A stretch of DNA of 64,000 nt from Spizellomyces punctatus DAOM BR117 (Eukaryota): assembly GCA_000182565.2 (NCBI GenBank), contig KQ257466.1; one strand, written 5' to 3'. The translations under genes and the position numbers were made by a program. This document shows, in pieces, positions 63,333 to 64,000 of the stretch; position 1 is the first letter of the stretch, and every line of letters starts with the position of its first letter. The notes under the pieces were generated by a model that saw nothing but the letters and a program-made list of their open reading frames with translations, was not told the origin of the DNA and made no database searches.

Positions 63333-64000
63333 ATGACAATGTCGACAACTCCACCACCAATTTCCAATCGGGCCCGAGCCAATATCCAAAAAGAAAACCT
63401 ACTCGCTATCGGTATGATGAAAGTAAGAATATAAAGTATTTCCTTGATAAAACAAAACTGGGGGCGCTTATAATATTCATGTATGCAACAAAAGTGGTGG
63501 AGAAATCAATATCATGCCGAAAAGAATCCAGATGGAATTATTAACCTCGGTACAGCGGAGAATAAGTTGATGGCTGGGACACTCGTCGATTTGGTGAGGG
63601 AGAAAATTTAGATATTTTGGAGCACTGTACAAAAGATGCCAAGTTCAACTGATATTTTTCGCATTTACAGGTTGCAAAGATGTCTGCACAATTAGTGGAT
63701 GCTACATTCTCGTATGGGCTCATGTACGGGTCGCAAGAGCTCCGCGAAAAGTTAGCGGATATGTTCAATCTACAGTTTCGACCGATTCAGCGTGTGGAAG
63801 CTGGGGAGATTGTTGTCACGAATGGAGCGTGTTCGGCGGTGAGCAATCTGGTGCAAGTCGTGTGTGATGTTGGGGATGGGGTCTTGGTACCTGGTGAGTA
63901 ATCCGTGGGTGGTACATTGTAGATTTCGGTCTAACTTGAATCTTTCCAAAGCTCCTTATTACGGAGGGTTTGGTCCCGATGTCAGCAACTACTCGCAAGC
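63333..64000 (+). CDS. PLP-dependent class I/II aminotransferase, ACC-synthase-like; 5' part only, runs off the window
   Basis: Exon YHAEKNPDGIINLGTAENK, then YGSQELREKLA...IVVTNGACSAV...CDVGDGVLVP / APYYGGF. Confidence 0.82.

Noticed and set aside
63333-64000. ACC-synthase-like gene as part of the MTA-salvage cluster
   Set aside because: It lies ~28 kb away with unrelated genes between, and ACCS-like fungal proteins are not necessarily true ACC synthases.

Overview
Gene-dense, intron-rich (short GT-AG introns) eukaryotic DNA from a flagellated fungus. A CFAP54 axonemal gene alongside fungal-type genes points to a chytrid, and the key ORF matches my recollection of Spizellomyces punctatus. 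The standout is a complete ~2.25-kb mobile element (27601-29855) with 30-bp terminal inverted repeats and TA at both ends. It carries one intronless 638-aa TnpB/Cas12-like RuvC nuclease (Fanzor1) followed by a ~75-nt structured omegaRNA scaffold that ends at the right transposon end, so flanking host DNA becomes the guide. A CATA target-adjacent motif sits at the left junction. This is a eukaryotic RNA-guided endonuclease (OMEGA) system. I recognise it from memory as SpuFz1, which is already published, so it is not claimed as new. Possibly less-described items: tRNA-like A/B-box motifs across the omegaRNA, a structured ncRNA candidate at ~345-635, a 3-exon secreted 8-Cys peptide not recovered by the ORF track, adjacent methionine-salvage genes MDE1/ADI1, an inverted pair of Bli-3/GSP26-like paralogs, and CRE+TATA promoters shared by four small genes. 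The rest is housekeeping (ABCC transporter, HSP12, RING E3, GH125, ICL/PEPM lyase, CHMP2, FIT/SCS3, eIF5B, ZnT, MFS, ACC-synthase-like). Boundaries of spliced genes were read by eye and are approximate.
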